Shown: piece after piece, positions 34,982 through 45,300 of the stretch | Position numbering within the stretch: position 1 is the first letter of the stretch | Layout of the letters: the number at the start of each line of letters is the position of its first letter | Origin: an uncultured virus (IMG/VR IMGVR_UViG_3300035665_000019) | Lineage: Duplodnaviria; Heunggongvirae; Uroviricota; Caudoviricetes | Virus record (IMG/VR): IMGVR_UViG_3300035665_000019 | Length of the DNA stretch: 64,000 nucleotides | Direction: 5' to 3' (one strand) | Made by a program: the position numbers and the translations under genes | Notes under the pieces: model-generated | What the model saw: only the letters and a program-made list of their open reading frames with translations | The model's database searches: none | What the model was told of the DNA's origin: nothing

Positions 34982-37900
34982 TCAATCATCACAAACAACT
35001 TTTAATTTATCGCATTTCCCTCTAAAAACAACGATTCCACAGTCTATAGTATTAAAATGATTAAAATTATCAACATGCAAATTATTAATCTTTACATTTC
35101 CTGCAAGAGTAGTGTCAGCTAAAATTGGCAATTTTTTATTTTGTCCATTGATATTGGCTATTTTAGTATCTATAATATCTGGCAAAATTGTATTATTAAC
35201 TAAATAAGAAGAGGTTTTATTTGTAGATATGTCTTTATAGTCTACAAAGCCAAGATTAGAAGGTGTTAAAAGACCAAAATTGCTATATGGTATGCGATTA
35301 ACTCCACTAAATTGTGGTAGATTTTCTATAATCGCCATTTCAGTATGCAATATTCCATTCACTCCAACGTCGGCATATACTGGAATTAAACCAGACCCTA
35401 TAACCTTGTTAGCAACAGTAACTTTTGGCAATTGTCTTTTTACAATCTTAAATTTGACATTATTGTTTATAATATTTCCACTATTATCTCTAGCTAGGTT
35501 ACCAATTACATCATCTATTAACCCATAGCTTAACATACTAATAGATAATGATACTTTTTGACCATCAATTGATAATACATACATATTTATTTTTTGATAT
35601 GTATCATATACAACTTCTAATATATCTCCGATATTAATTTTATCTGTTAAAGTTACAGATGTGCTAATTACTGTTTTGTTGCTTACTGTAGAGATTTGAC
35701 CTATGATATAATCATCATTCCATCCATAATCATAATAAAGATCGCTATCAATATTTCTTTCGTCTTCAGCAGTTAGTGGTGATGTTACCTTTGTGACTTT
35801 TCCGTATGATTTTGCTTTATCTGTATTTAGCAATACTGTGTTTGTTATTTTATCTAAATTAATTTTTGGACTTGATTGATCTCCATAAACACTAAATCCT
35901 ATCTTTTTGCCATTAAGATTAAATTCAGTATCTATATTTGGTCTATTGCTTAATACAATGTCCGGAGAAGATCCTGGGAAATTAAATGTTAAGTAGCCAC
36001 CTACTGTTTCAGATATAATCGCGGCTCTTCTAAATGCGCTATTCCTATCTAAATTATATGTTTCAGATACTACGTTATCTACTTTTTTATCCAGTATAAT
36101 ATGTGTCCTATTAAAAAAGCTTCTTGGACCACCAATATCATCTGCTGTCAAATTTACTTTCTGAGAAGACTGTATATTTATTCCAATAACTTTAGCTCTG
36201 ATAATTGAACTTACTGTTTGTTCTGTTGTTCCTGTGGTATCAAGATAGCGATAAAGTAATCTAACAATATCTCCATTCTGAATTCTTCTGGTAGCATCTC
36301 CGTCTACCACTATTTCTGTTGTGTTAGAAGAGGTATTGTAAGTTAATACTCCTTCTAGAGCATTAGTATATCCATAATAGAATAGGTTCTCTGTACCATC
36401 TATATTCATATCATTAGATGATGTTGGCACAGAAGATTCGTTGAATGTTCCATTATAATTATCGTATGCGTTTGGTCTTGGATTTTTAGCAAATAAAAGA
36501 CTATTTCTTGTTACTCCTCTAAGTTTTAGTGCAGCATTACTTAAAAGATTTTCGTCTCTTACACTAAGATTATCTCTGTACAGCCTTGCTGTATCATTTG
36601 TATTATCTGTTTCATATGCGAATTCTATAGTAGCATTAGAGATTCTATCTAAAACACCTTCTGTTAATATCTGACTACTAGTAGGAGTCGTATTAGAAGT
36701 TAATGTATCATTAGTGGACGATACTCCTCCTAAAGGTTCCCAAACAGCAAATCCAAATTTATCTGATGTTAAAAACATCCCAGCGGTACTTTCGTAAATC
36801 GGCCCGCCTTGAGCGTCAATAGCTGGAACTAAATTACCATCAGCATCAGGAGCAAGTGCCCTACGAAAGCCCTGTCCAATTCTGATACCGCTAGTGCCAA
36901 TCCATCCTCTTACAGTAAGGTCTGCAAATTGAATGCCGCTTTGAATAGGGTCACATGGTTCGCATACGTCGGCTGGTAATTTAAAAGGAATCCAACTGGG
37001 ACGATCAGTATGAATCATGAAAGAGCTGATAGAAGAATTAAAATAAAAAGCAGGAACTTTGGTCAAGAATGGCCTATCCGCAATATCGGAACCTAGTCCT
37101 GTACTAACCCAATCCATATATTCTTGGTCACCACCAAATATGAATTTAGATGGTTTATCTGGGATACCCGCACTATTACGATGCTTTGTCCCTGTGCCAT
37201 ATATTACAAAGTCTATTTCTTCTAATCCTAAATTAAAAGCAGTTGCTACAGATCTTTTTTGAGTAGCATATACTCTATAAGTTAGACCAACAGTATTAAA
37301 TTTAGGTCTGGACCCAGCGTCTTCGGATGTTCTTGTGGTATCATAATACCACCAACTCTGATAATCTTTACCAGTGAGGTTGTCGCCAGTCATTGGTTTT
37401 ATAATATCATATTTGTCTCCGATACCAGGACCATTAAAATCATCGTAATATGGAGCTAGATGAGGAGAGTATAGTTCTTCAAGATTATACTTGTATCTAG
37501 GAGCTCTCCAACTATTAGAACCAAATTGATCTTTTTTAGGAATTGTAGATATTATAACTTGCGGAGCAGATAGTCCACCTGGGAAGAATGGATTATTAGC
37601 ATCAACATCTTCACCTCTATCCAAATTCGTTGGCTGACTGTAATCTATTTTTCTTCTACCTATAGCAAATACAGATTCCTTAGCTTGTCCAGCTTTTGTT
37701 AATGAAAGCTTATAATTATCTGCTATTTGTGCTGGATCAATAGATCCTAAATATTGTGCAGATTCTGGGATGAAATATATAGCATTGTATTGTCTTGGTA
37801 TATAGTGAGCTTCGTCTGTTTTATTATTGGCTTTCGCCAAATCTTTTAGTCTTTGTATATAGTCAATTTTTCCTGGATTAACAGTTGTTAAATCTCTTGT

Positions 37901-40900
37901 TTCTTCTATTGGATAACCCAAAACAGCTCTTCTGTGTTCATCCAAAGTCATAATAGCATATTTATCTATATTATAGTATTGATCAAATACTAATCCACTC
38001 TTACTAATAGTAGAGCCTGAGGGCTCATATGTGACAAAATTTAAAAGGAAGTTTCCGTTGGGCTGTGTTATTTGTGTGCTTATTGGTTCTACTTTACCTC
38101 CAGCTCCTGCTATTCCGCTAAAGTATAATAAAGTTCCAGGTATGCCACTAACATCAATCTTTACTCCGCCAACCCATTCCATATCTCCAGCATTATTAAC
38201 ACTACTCAAGAAATATCCTTGTTTAGCTCCGCTGGACATTGTTATATTAGTAGATCTGAAATATTTAGTTGTTCCGGTATCTGCTACGAATGTTCCTTTT
38301 ATATCCAAATCTACACTTGGTGTCGGATTGTTTATTCCAACAAATCCAGTACCACTAGACACTACAGTAAGAACAGGATCTTTAGTACTAGAATTATTTA
38401 ATACATAAAAATTATTTTGAATATTATCTGCATTAAATACGATTCCCCTTCTGGCATAACCACTAATTCCTATTTGTTCTGCATAAAATGTTTCTGTCTG
38501 AGGAGGACTAATATTAGGATCTATAACACTGGTAATTTTGGTGTCAGATCTTCCAGATAAATCGAATATCTTAATAGTATTTGTATCAAAGCCAAATTTA
38601 ATAGAGTTAGGATCAGCATTTCTAATATTAAAACCAACAGCTCCTTGAAAAACAGGATTCGCATTAATGTATTTATTCTGTATGCTACTGGCTGTCATTG
38701 CCAGCTCATTAAATACTTTATTATTATCTCCAACTATAAGACCAGATGAAGTAGTCTGTGTATTATAAGAATCTACATTGAATTGATTATTGCTTCCAAC
38801 AACAGAAATTTTTGATGTTCCTACAATAGTATTCTCGTTTCCTATAACAGATCCGTCGCTATCGTTGGAAACGAAAGATAAAAATCCAGTTATTCGAGAT
38901 GGAGTTACATCAGGAAATATACTTGTTATATATTCGTATAAGGTTATCGGATTAGCATCTAGATCTGAGGCAGAGGCCGATTGTGATCTTCTGTCAAAAG
39001 ATACAGAGGTTGAGGTACTGCCAGCACTTGGAGGAGAATTAGTAACAAGCCCAGTGTATGAGCCTATATATTTTTCATCATGATAAAATTGTATTATTGC
39101 TCTGTCTAAGATAGAAAAACGTATAATATTGGTAGTAAAAAAATCTTGAGACTCAGCACTGTAGTATCCAGAGGCAATTATGTGAGATGTGTCTAGCCTT
39201 GTTGGAATATTTGGCCTATTGTATAAATCATAGCTTACTGGTAGTGCTGTTTGTCTTTGTGATCTGTATGTTATTTGATTGCCAGACCCCAAGACAGAAA
39301 TATTACTTTGAGCTGCAATATTATCTTTTCCTATTACATCATTAATATTGATAGATTTATTTGAATTTCCTATTGCTATAGTATCATTTCCGTATATGCT
39401 ATTATTGAAGCCAATTGCTACAGAGTTTGTTAGATTTCCTTTATTCTCTCCTATAGATATAGCATTGATTGCTCCACTAACATATATCCCATTTCCAATG
39501 CTAATGATATCATTTCCAAAAACTTCGTTATCATTACCATGAATGAAAATTCTATTTCCACTGGAATAGTTAGATGATCCAAGATTGATCCCGGATATTC
39601 CAATTGCGGTATTTTTATTTCCAATAATTTGTATTGGTTTGGACCCAAATTCTATCAATTTTTCTTGCTGTGTTCTAGATTTAATATTTGCTGTTGATAT
39701 TCCCGGTATAGCAGAAACTGTCTCTATGGTTAATGTCGAGGTATCTTGATTGAAGTAAACAAGTTTAATAATTCCAGATGCTGACTGAGTTTCTCCAGAA
39801 ATATCTATAATATCATTATTTTTATAATATTCTAATTCTTGAAGCGTAGAATTGATTCTGGTAAATTGTGTGCCAGGATTATTAGAGACAAATGCTAAAG
39901 AAGGCCAAGTAAGATCAAAAACATTGTTTAAATTATTGTTATCTCCTAAAATTAATACATTTGCTATTCCTGAATTAACTGTATTATTGGTTCCTAAAAT
40001 GTTTAGATCTGTATAAACTCCACTAGATATAGAAACATTGTTTGATAAAATAAAAGATGAAGATATTGAACCAGAATGATTAAAATTATTAGATAATATT
40101 GTTGTATTATTTATTAAATCTATATTAGTATTATTATTTCCAATTAAAATATTATTATTACCTGTTGCTCTAACATTGCTTCCAACAGAAATATTATTTG
40201 CTCCTGATATATTAATATTGTTTCCTAATGCATTTATGGAATTACCTTGTGCTACATTATTAGTTCCTACAATATTACCAGAGCTTAAAACAATAGAGTT
40301 TGATGAGCCTATAATATTATTTAATACTCCAGTTGCTCTATTATTATTTCCTAAAAGATAAGAATTAGATAGTGCAATAGAGTTATTTATACCAAAAAGA
40401 CTTGAAGATATTAGAGTTCCACTATTATTATTTCCTATAGAGATACCGGAAATAGTAATTAAATTATTGTTATCTCCAATAATGATGCTATTAATAGATC
40501 CGCTTGTAGAAATGTTTTCTGATCCAACAAGAAGCATTCCGTTTACGCCACTAGCAGAATTTTGATTTCCTAGAATTATTAGTCCGCTTGAAGCAATGTC
40601 GTTATACTCTCCAATAACAGTAACATTATTAAATAATGTATTATTTGGCAGAATTATGTTTTGTATATTTTGGGTTCTTATATTATTAAAGCTACCAAAT
40701 ACGCTTAAATTGTTACCACTAACATTAGTGTTGTTTCCAAATACAACGAGATTATTTCCAGAGAGAGTATTGTCTGTGCCAACTAATAGATTAGAAGTTC
40801 CAAGATAGGCTATTGCTGTGGAATTATCTAATGGAGTCCAAATACTATCTGAAGCTATGTAGTAGCCATTATTTAAACCATTATTAGTTACTTCAACAAT

Positions 40901-42388
40901 ATCGCCAGAAACCATACCATCAAGATCTGCCCAATCCAAACCGCTGAAACTTCCAACATTTGGTTCAGAAAGAACAAATTTCACACTATTTTTTATAAAA
41001 TCTATACTATTTCCAGAACCTAATACAAATACATTATTTGCATTTGCAATGCTATTATCGTTTCCGACTATAGCAGAATTTTTGAGATTATCAGTATTAT
41101 TATTTTTGCCTAGCACTATAGAATTAGCAGATGAATCTACTTCATTCGAACCTAGTACAACATTACTATTGTCTAGTTTTAGTAAATTCTTAGGTACTCC
41201 AGAAACATCCACATTGACTAAAAATTGTCCTTGTGTTTGTCCTTTGATTGGATTTAGAATTTTTGATTGTACTTGCGCAAAGTTTACTACATTTCTATTG
41301 CTATTTCTTGCTGATAGATTTACTGTACCAGCCAAACTACCTGATTGCGGAACTACTTCTGGATTATTATATAGCGTTAGTGCAACGCCACCAGCCCCGC
41401 ATATACCTTCGAATACAGCACATCTTCCCACAACATGAAAATTAGGAGAAGATTCATACAAAGGTAGACTAGGTGTGTTTATCCCTACTTTTCCTTCTTT
41501 TGTGAGAGCAAAATAATTTCCATTATTAAGCTTTAGTAAAAATGGATATATGCCAGATGTCTTATTTTGTGTAGCGCTTATTACAACATCGGCATTAGTA
41601 ACATTATTTGTTTCACCAAAGTATAAAGTTTTAAATGTATCATCCCAATAAGCCTTTGCTCCAGCTTGAGAATTATTATTGTTGTATTGTAATGACTTTA
41701 CCGGCATACCAAGACTAGAACCACCTCCAGACATTTCTTCATTACTAAATAGTTTATACCAAGTTCCACCAGAGCCAGCTATAAGTTCTACATAACTTCC
41801 AACACCAGTAACGCTAACACTATTAGAGGTACCAGATTTAGTTAATATGTTATTTGATCCAGATGCTGATATAACTAGATTATCTGTGGTATTATTTTTG
41901 TTTGCTAGTAAAAATCCATATTTTAAGTTTATATTGTTTATAGTTGCTGGCGGTAGCGTAACATTCATATTACCGCTTAATGAAATTACATAGTCTGATG
42001 TTAAAAGTTCTGGAACAAAATTATTTATATTTTTAAGAAAAACAGCATTACTGGCTATTCTATTTGATAGAGAATTACTGTTTTCTATAGTAATCTCCGT
42101 ATTTACAGATGGGTTTAAAGTACCATAAGAAGATATTATGTGCAATACTTCTATAGATCTATTATTAAATCCATCTATATTATATTTACCAAGACATATA
42201 GTAAATGCTGATGTTTGAGATGCTTTAACATAAAACAAATCGCCAGGTTGTACATAATTAAAAAATGGGCGATAGTCTGTTCCTATAGAAACAAATTCTC
42301 CATTAGGAAGATTGATCGTTGTCAATACATTGCTAGTTAATGCTACAGAACCTAATTCTCCTACATTATCATAATATTTTATATACAT
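34982..42388 (-). CDS. Tail fibre protein with YadA-head-like GxxN beta-roll repeats, 2468 aa
   Basis: Dozens of ~14-aa (S/N)xxxGxxN repeats (~38650-41170). Fibre-type motifs GKVGINTP and VGINNPTPSVDLDIKG. Immediately follows the TMP gene. Confidence 0.8.
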   Translation of the reverse strand: MYIKYYDNVGELGSVALTSNVLTTINLPNGEFVSIGTDYRPFFNYVQPGDLFYVKASQTSAFTICLGKYNIDGFNNRSIEVLHIISSYGTLNPSVNTEITIENSNSLSNRIASNAVFLKNINNFVPELLTSDYVISLSGNMNVTLPPATINNINLKYGFLLANKNNTTDNLVISASGSNNILTKSGTSNSVSVTGVGSYVELIAGSGGTWYKLFSNEEMSGGGSSLGMPVKSLQYNNNNSQAGAKAYWDDTFKTLYFGETNNVTNADVVISATQNKTSGIYPFLLKLNNGNYFALTKEGKVGINTPSLPLYESSPNFHVVGRCAVFEGICGAGGVALTLYNNPEVVPQSGSLAGTVNLSARNSNRNVVNFAQVQSKILNPIKGQTQGQFLVNVDVSGVPKNLLKLDNSNVVLGSNEVDSSANSIVLGKNNNTDNLKNSAIVGNDNSIANANNVFVLGSGNSIDFIKNSVKFVLSEPNVGSFSGLDWADLDGMVSGDIVEVTNNGLNNGYYIASDSIWTPLDNSTAIAYLGTSNLLVGTDNTLSGNNLVVFGNNTNVSGNNLSVFGSFNNIRTQNIQNIILPNNTLFNNVTVIGEYNDIASSGLIILGNQNSASGVNGMLLVGSENISTSGSINSIIIGDNNNLITISGISIGNNNSGTLISSSLFGINNSIALSNSYLLGNNNRATGVLNNIIGSSNSIVLSSGNIVGTNNVAQGNSINALGNNINISGANNISVGSNVRATGNNNILIGNNNTNIDLINNTTILSNNFNHSGSISSSFILSNNVSISSGVYTDLNILGTNNTVNSGIANVLILGDNNNLNNVFDLTWPSLAFVSNNPGTQFTRINSTLQELEYYKNNDIIDISGETQSASGIIKLVYFNQDTSTLTIETVSAIPGISTANIKSRTQQEKLIEFGSKPIQIIGNKNTAIGISGINLGSSNYSSGNRIFIHGNDNEVFGNDIISIGNGIYVSGAINAISIGENKGNLTNSVAIGFNNSIYGNDTIAIGNSNKSININDVIGKDNIAAQSNISVLGSGNQITYRSQRQTALPVSYDLYNRPNIPTRLDTSHIIASGYYSAESQDFFTTNIIRFSILDRAIIQFYHDEKYIGSYTGLVTNSPPSAGSTSTSVSFDRRSQSASASDLDANPITLYEYITSIFPDVTPSRITGFLSFVSNDSDGSVIGNENTIVGTSKISVVGSNNQFNVDSYNTQTTSSGLIVGDNNKVFNELAMTASSIQNKYINANPVFQGAVGFNIRNADPNSIKFGFDTNTIKIFDLSGRSDTKITSVIDPNISPPQTETFYAEQIGISGYARRGIVFNADNIQNNFYVLNNSSTKDPVLTVVSSGTGFVGINNPTPSVDLDIKGTFVADTGTTKYFRSTNITMSSGAKQGYFLSSVNNAGDMEWVGGVKIDVSGIPGTLLYFSGIAGAGGKVEPISTQITQPNGNFLLNFVTYEPSGSTISKSGLVFDQYYNIDKYAIMTLDEHRRAVLGYPIEETRDLTTVNPGKIDYIQRLKDLAKANNKTDEAHYIPRQYNAIYFIPESAQYLGSIDPAQIADNYKLSLTKAGQAKESVFAIGRRKIDYSQPTNLDRGEDVDANNPFFPGGLSAPQVIISTIPKKDQFGSNSWRAPRYKYNLEELYSPHLAPYYDDFNGPGIGDKYDIIKPMTGDNLTGKDYQSWWYYDTTRTSEDAGSRPKFNTVGLTYRVYATQKRSVATAFNLGLEEIDFVIYGTGTKHRNSAGIPDKPSKFIFGGDQEYMDWVSTGLGSDIADRPFLTKVPAFYFNSSISSFMIHTDRPSWIPFKLPADVCEPCDPIQSGIQFADLTVRGWIGTSGIRIGQGFRRALAPDADGNLVPAIDAQGGPIYESTAGMFLTSDKFGFAVWEPLGGVSSTNDTLTSNTTPTSSQILTEGVLDRISNATIEFAYETDNTNDTARLYRDNLSVRDENLLSNAALKLRGVTRNSLLFAKNPRPNAYDNYNGTFNESSVPTSSNDMNIDGTENLFYYGYTNALEGVLTYNTSSNTTEIVVDGDATRRIQNGDIVRLLYRYLDTTGTTEQTVSSIIRAKVIGINIQSSQKVNLTADDIGGPRSFFNRTHIILDKKVDNVVSETYNLDRNSAFRRAAIISETVGGYLTFNFPGSSPDIVLSNRPNIDTEFNLNGKKIGFSVYGDQSSPKINLDKITNTVLLNTDKAKSYGKVTKVTSPLTAEDERNIDSDLYYDYGWNDDYIIGQISTVSNKTVISTSVTLTDKINIGDILEVVYDTYQKINMYVLSIDGQKVSLSISMLSYGLIDDVIGNLARDNSGNIINNNVKFKIVKRQLPKVTVANKVIGSGLIPVYADVGVNGILHTEMAIIENLPQFSGVNRIPYSNFGLLTPSNLGFVDYKDISTNKTSSYLVNNTILPDIIDTKIANINGQNKKLPILADTTLAGNVKINNLHVDNFNHFNTIDCGIVVFRGKCDKLKVVCDD

Positions 42389-42393
42389 AGTTA

Positions 42394-45300
42394 TTATGAC
42401 CCATACAAATTAATAGCATTTTCGGAAACCTTAGCTAATTGACTAAATGCTTTATCAATTTCGCTCTTTACTATATCGCTAACATAGGCATTGAGATTGT
42501 TAAACACACTAGCTCCATTAATATTGACGTTAACATCATGTTTTGCGTTTATCGTAATCACCGGCGGTATATTCAATTTGAGCAAACTCTTGCTAAATTC
42601 ATCAAACCTATTACTAAATGTAGTTAATGCTCCCAAGCTAGTGCTATCAATTCCAATAGTTGGTAGTCTAAGTTCCAAAAGCTGTTTAGCAAATTGATCA
42701 AATTTGGCCGTAAAGTCCCTTAAAGCTGCTATAGATTTTTCATCCAATCCAATATATGAATTTAATACACCTTGCTGTTGGTTTCCTCCTACAATACCAC
42801 CCATGTTTCTGTATATTGGTCTTATTGTTCCTCCTCTGCTAGCATACTGAACAATATTGCCCTGAGTATAGTTTCCTTGATTAATAGCTTCTAAAATAGG
42901 CATGTATCTTTGACTAGAATCTTTGTTAATTACAAATTCTCCTGGTGTTAACATTGCAGGAACAGTGTCTGTGCCTTTTGCTGACCAATCAATATTATTC
43001 GGCTTGTAACTTTGATTATATATCAATCCTCCAGAAGCTCTGGTTTGAGGTTGGCTCTTTTTATCTGGTTCGGCAGAGGACATTCCTAATGCTTCGGCAC
43101 CCTTTTGAGCACTAGGTAATAGTCCTCCAAATCCCTGCATCTCGTCTTTTTTAAGTTCTGCTAAGTTTTTACCAGCACCAACAGAAGCTAAATAAAATGC
43201 TCTAAAAGTATTTGGACTATTAGCCGAAGCTTTGTCTGCTAGAACAACTAAATCGCTACGATCCCAAATCTCATTGGGAGGTTGCAACATAGTTCCTTCA
43301 TTTAATTTGCTATATGCTTTATTAGCATTATTATAATTGTCTTCAATGTATGTTTTATACATATCAAAAATTTCTTGAGTATAAACGCTTGGTTTTATAT
43401 CTCTTGTTTGGCCAAATTCTGTAGCTATTAATTTTCTAAGCTCATTAACTCTCTGAGCTTGATCATCTGTTAGTGTTCCAAGTGTTGGGTTACTCGGATC
43501 AACTGGTCTTGGGCCAGTTATAGAATCTACAAACTCTTGCGCCGAAAGAGCCATGTTGTCTACGACTGTTCCATATAACGAATTATAGTCTGCTCCTCCT
43601 GTTAGTCCTGGCATAGCATTTAATAAAAAGTCTGGTAAACCTCCAGACACTTGACTTATTTTCGCTTGTACTGCTGCTCCAACAGCAGGATTATACAATT
43701 CTGCAGAAGAGGTTGCTTTCAATAACATATAATCTCTAGCAGATAAATATTCTTCAATATATTCGAGATCATTTGACATATCTTCCCACCACTCTTCGTA
43801 TCCAGAATTTTCAAAATTTGGAGCATCAAAATTGGATCTTGCTCTATCTTCTATTAATGCTCTTAGCATAGAACGTCTGCCAATTTGCATAACTTGATAT
43901 TGATCCATCATTTGTTCATAAACGCCGCCAGGACCAGTAAAAGTTGTTGGCGCTTTAGCTTCGTTAGCTCCTCCTGTTGTAAGATCAAATGCTATGTCTT
44001 CTCTTCCTTTTTTGTCTACCATTGTACCATAAGCATCTAAAATTGCTTGTTCTTCTGGTTGTACCGAATCTTTTTTATATCCTCTACGATAACTTAAAAG
44101 AGTTCTTGCTCTTCTATCATCTATTTTACCTTCTTGTTCTGATAAAACAGTTTGAACAAATCCGGCATCAGAAGCTAATTTAGCATTGTCCCAATATGTT
44201 CTTTCTAATCCAGCTCCAGTGTCATCATAGTCTCTTTCCCATGGCTTATCTCCTTTTTTGTTTCTGTCTGGTGCTTGTAAAGTAACTTTTTTAGTAAATT
44301 TCTTTAGATCTTTTTCATATCTATTATATAGGCGTTTAGAAAAAGGATTATCTTTAGGACTATTATCGTCCTTATATGATGTTGCGCTTCCTCCAGCTGT
44401 TCTAGACTCTTCCATAAATCTCCAAGCAGAAACTAACTTACCCAAAGAAGATATATTTACTCCTCCTGATTGTTTATATTTATCCTGACTCTCTTCATTT
44501 GCAGAATAGGCTTCTACGGTTTTTGCTCTAATCCAAGCTATATAATTTTGAGCAGGAAAAATGTCCTCGTCTGCTTTGATCTTATCTGGCGGATCTGCTA
44601 TTGTTCCGGCGGCAGCTAATATATAGCTTCTTTTCCATTCGGCAGCGTTCCTATATCCATCTACTCCAAGGTCTGGAGCCGTGTCTTTAACTGCTTGCCA
44701 AACTGGATCTGCTGTTACAAAAGCTTGATCAGGATCCCATAATGGTAATTTTAATCCATCTTTCTTTAAGAGTGATTTACCAAGACTAGATGCTAAATTA
44801 TATTGTAATAAGTTTTCCCTTAATTTTGATTCATTATTAGCGCTTGTATCTTGAGATCTTTTTGCGTATATATATTCATATTTTTTAAATAAAGCATTAG
44901 ATATATCAGCAACTTCCGCATTCTCTGGAACATAATTACCTTGTTCAAAATTCTTACCTCCTTCACTATCTGTTACTTCTCTATCGAATTGTGTTGTATT
45001 ATTAACACTTCCAACAAATTTATCTAGTGCTGTAGGTAGTTTTATAGGCGAAAGAGGCAGATAAATGGATGGTTTGTTGAAAATTTCTTTTTCAACCCAA
45101 TATTTAACAAATTTTTCCATACTTTTTTCGTCCTGATACGCTGGAATCACAGCGTTAGGCTGAGCCAAGCCGACAAATGGATTAATACTAAAAGGATCTA
45201 TTTTTTGTTGATTTTCCCACCATGGAACTAATGCAGTAAGTGATTGAGCGGTATAGTCCATACTATCTTTATCAAATAAAAGAGATGATAATGAGTCATA

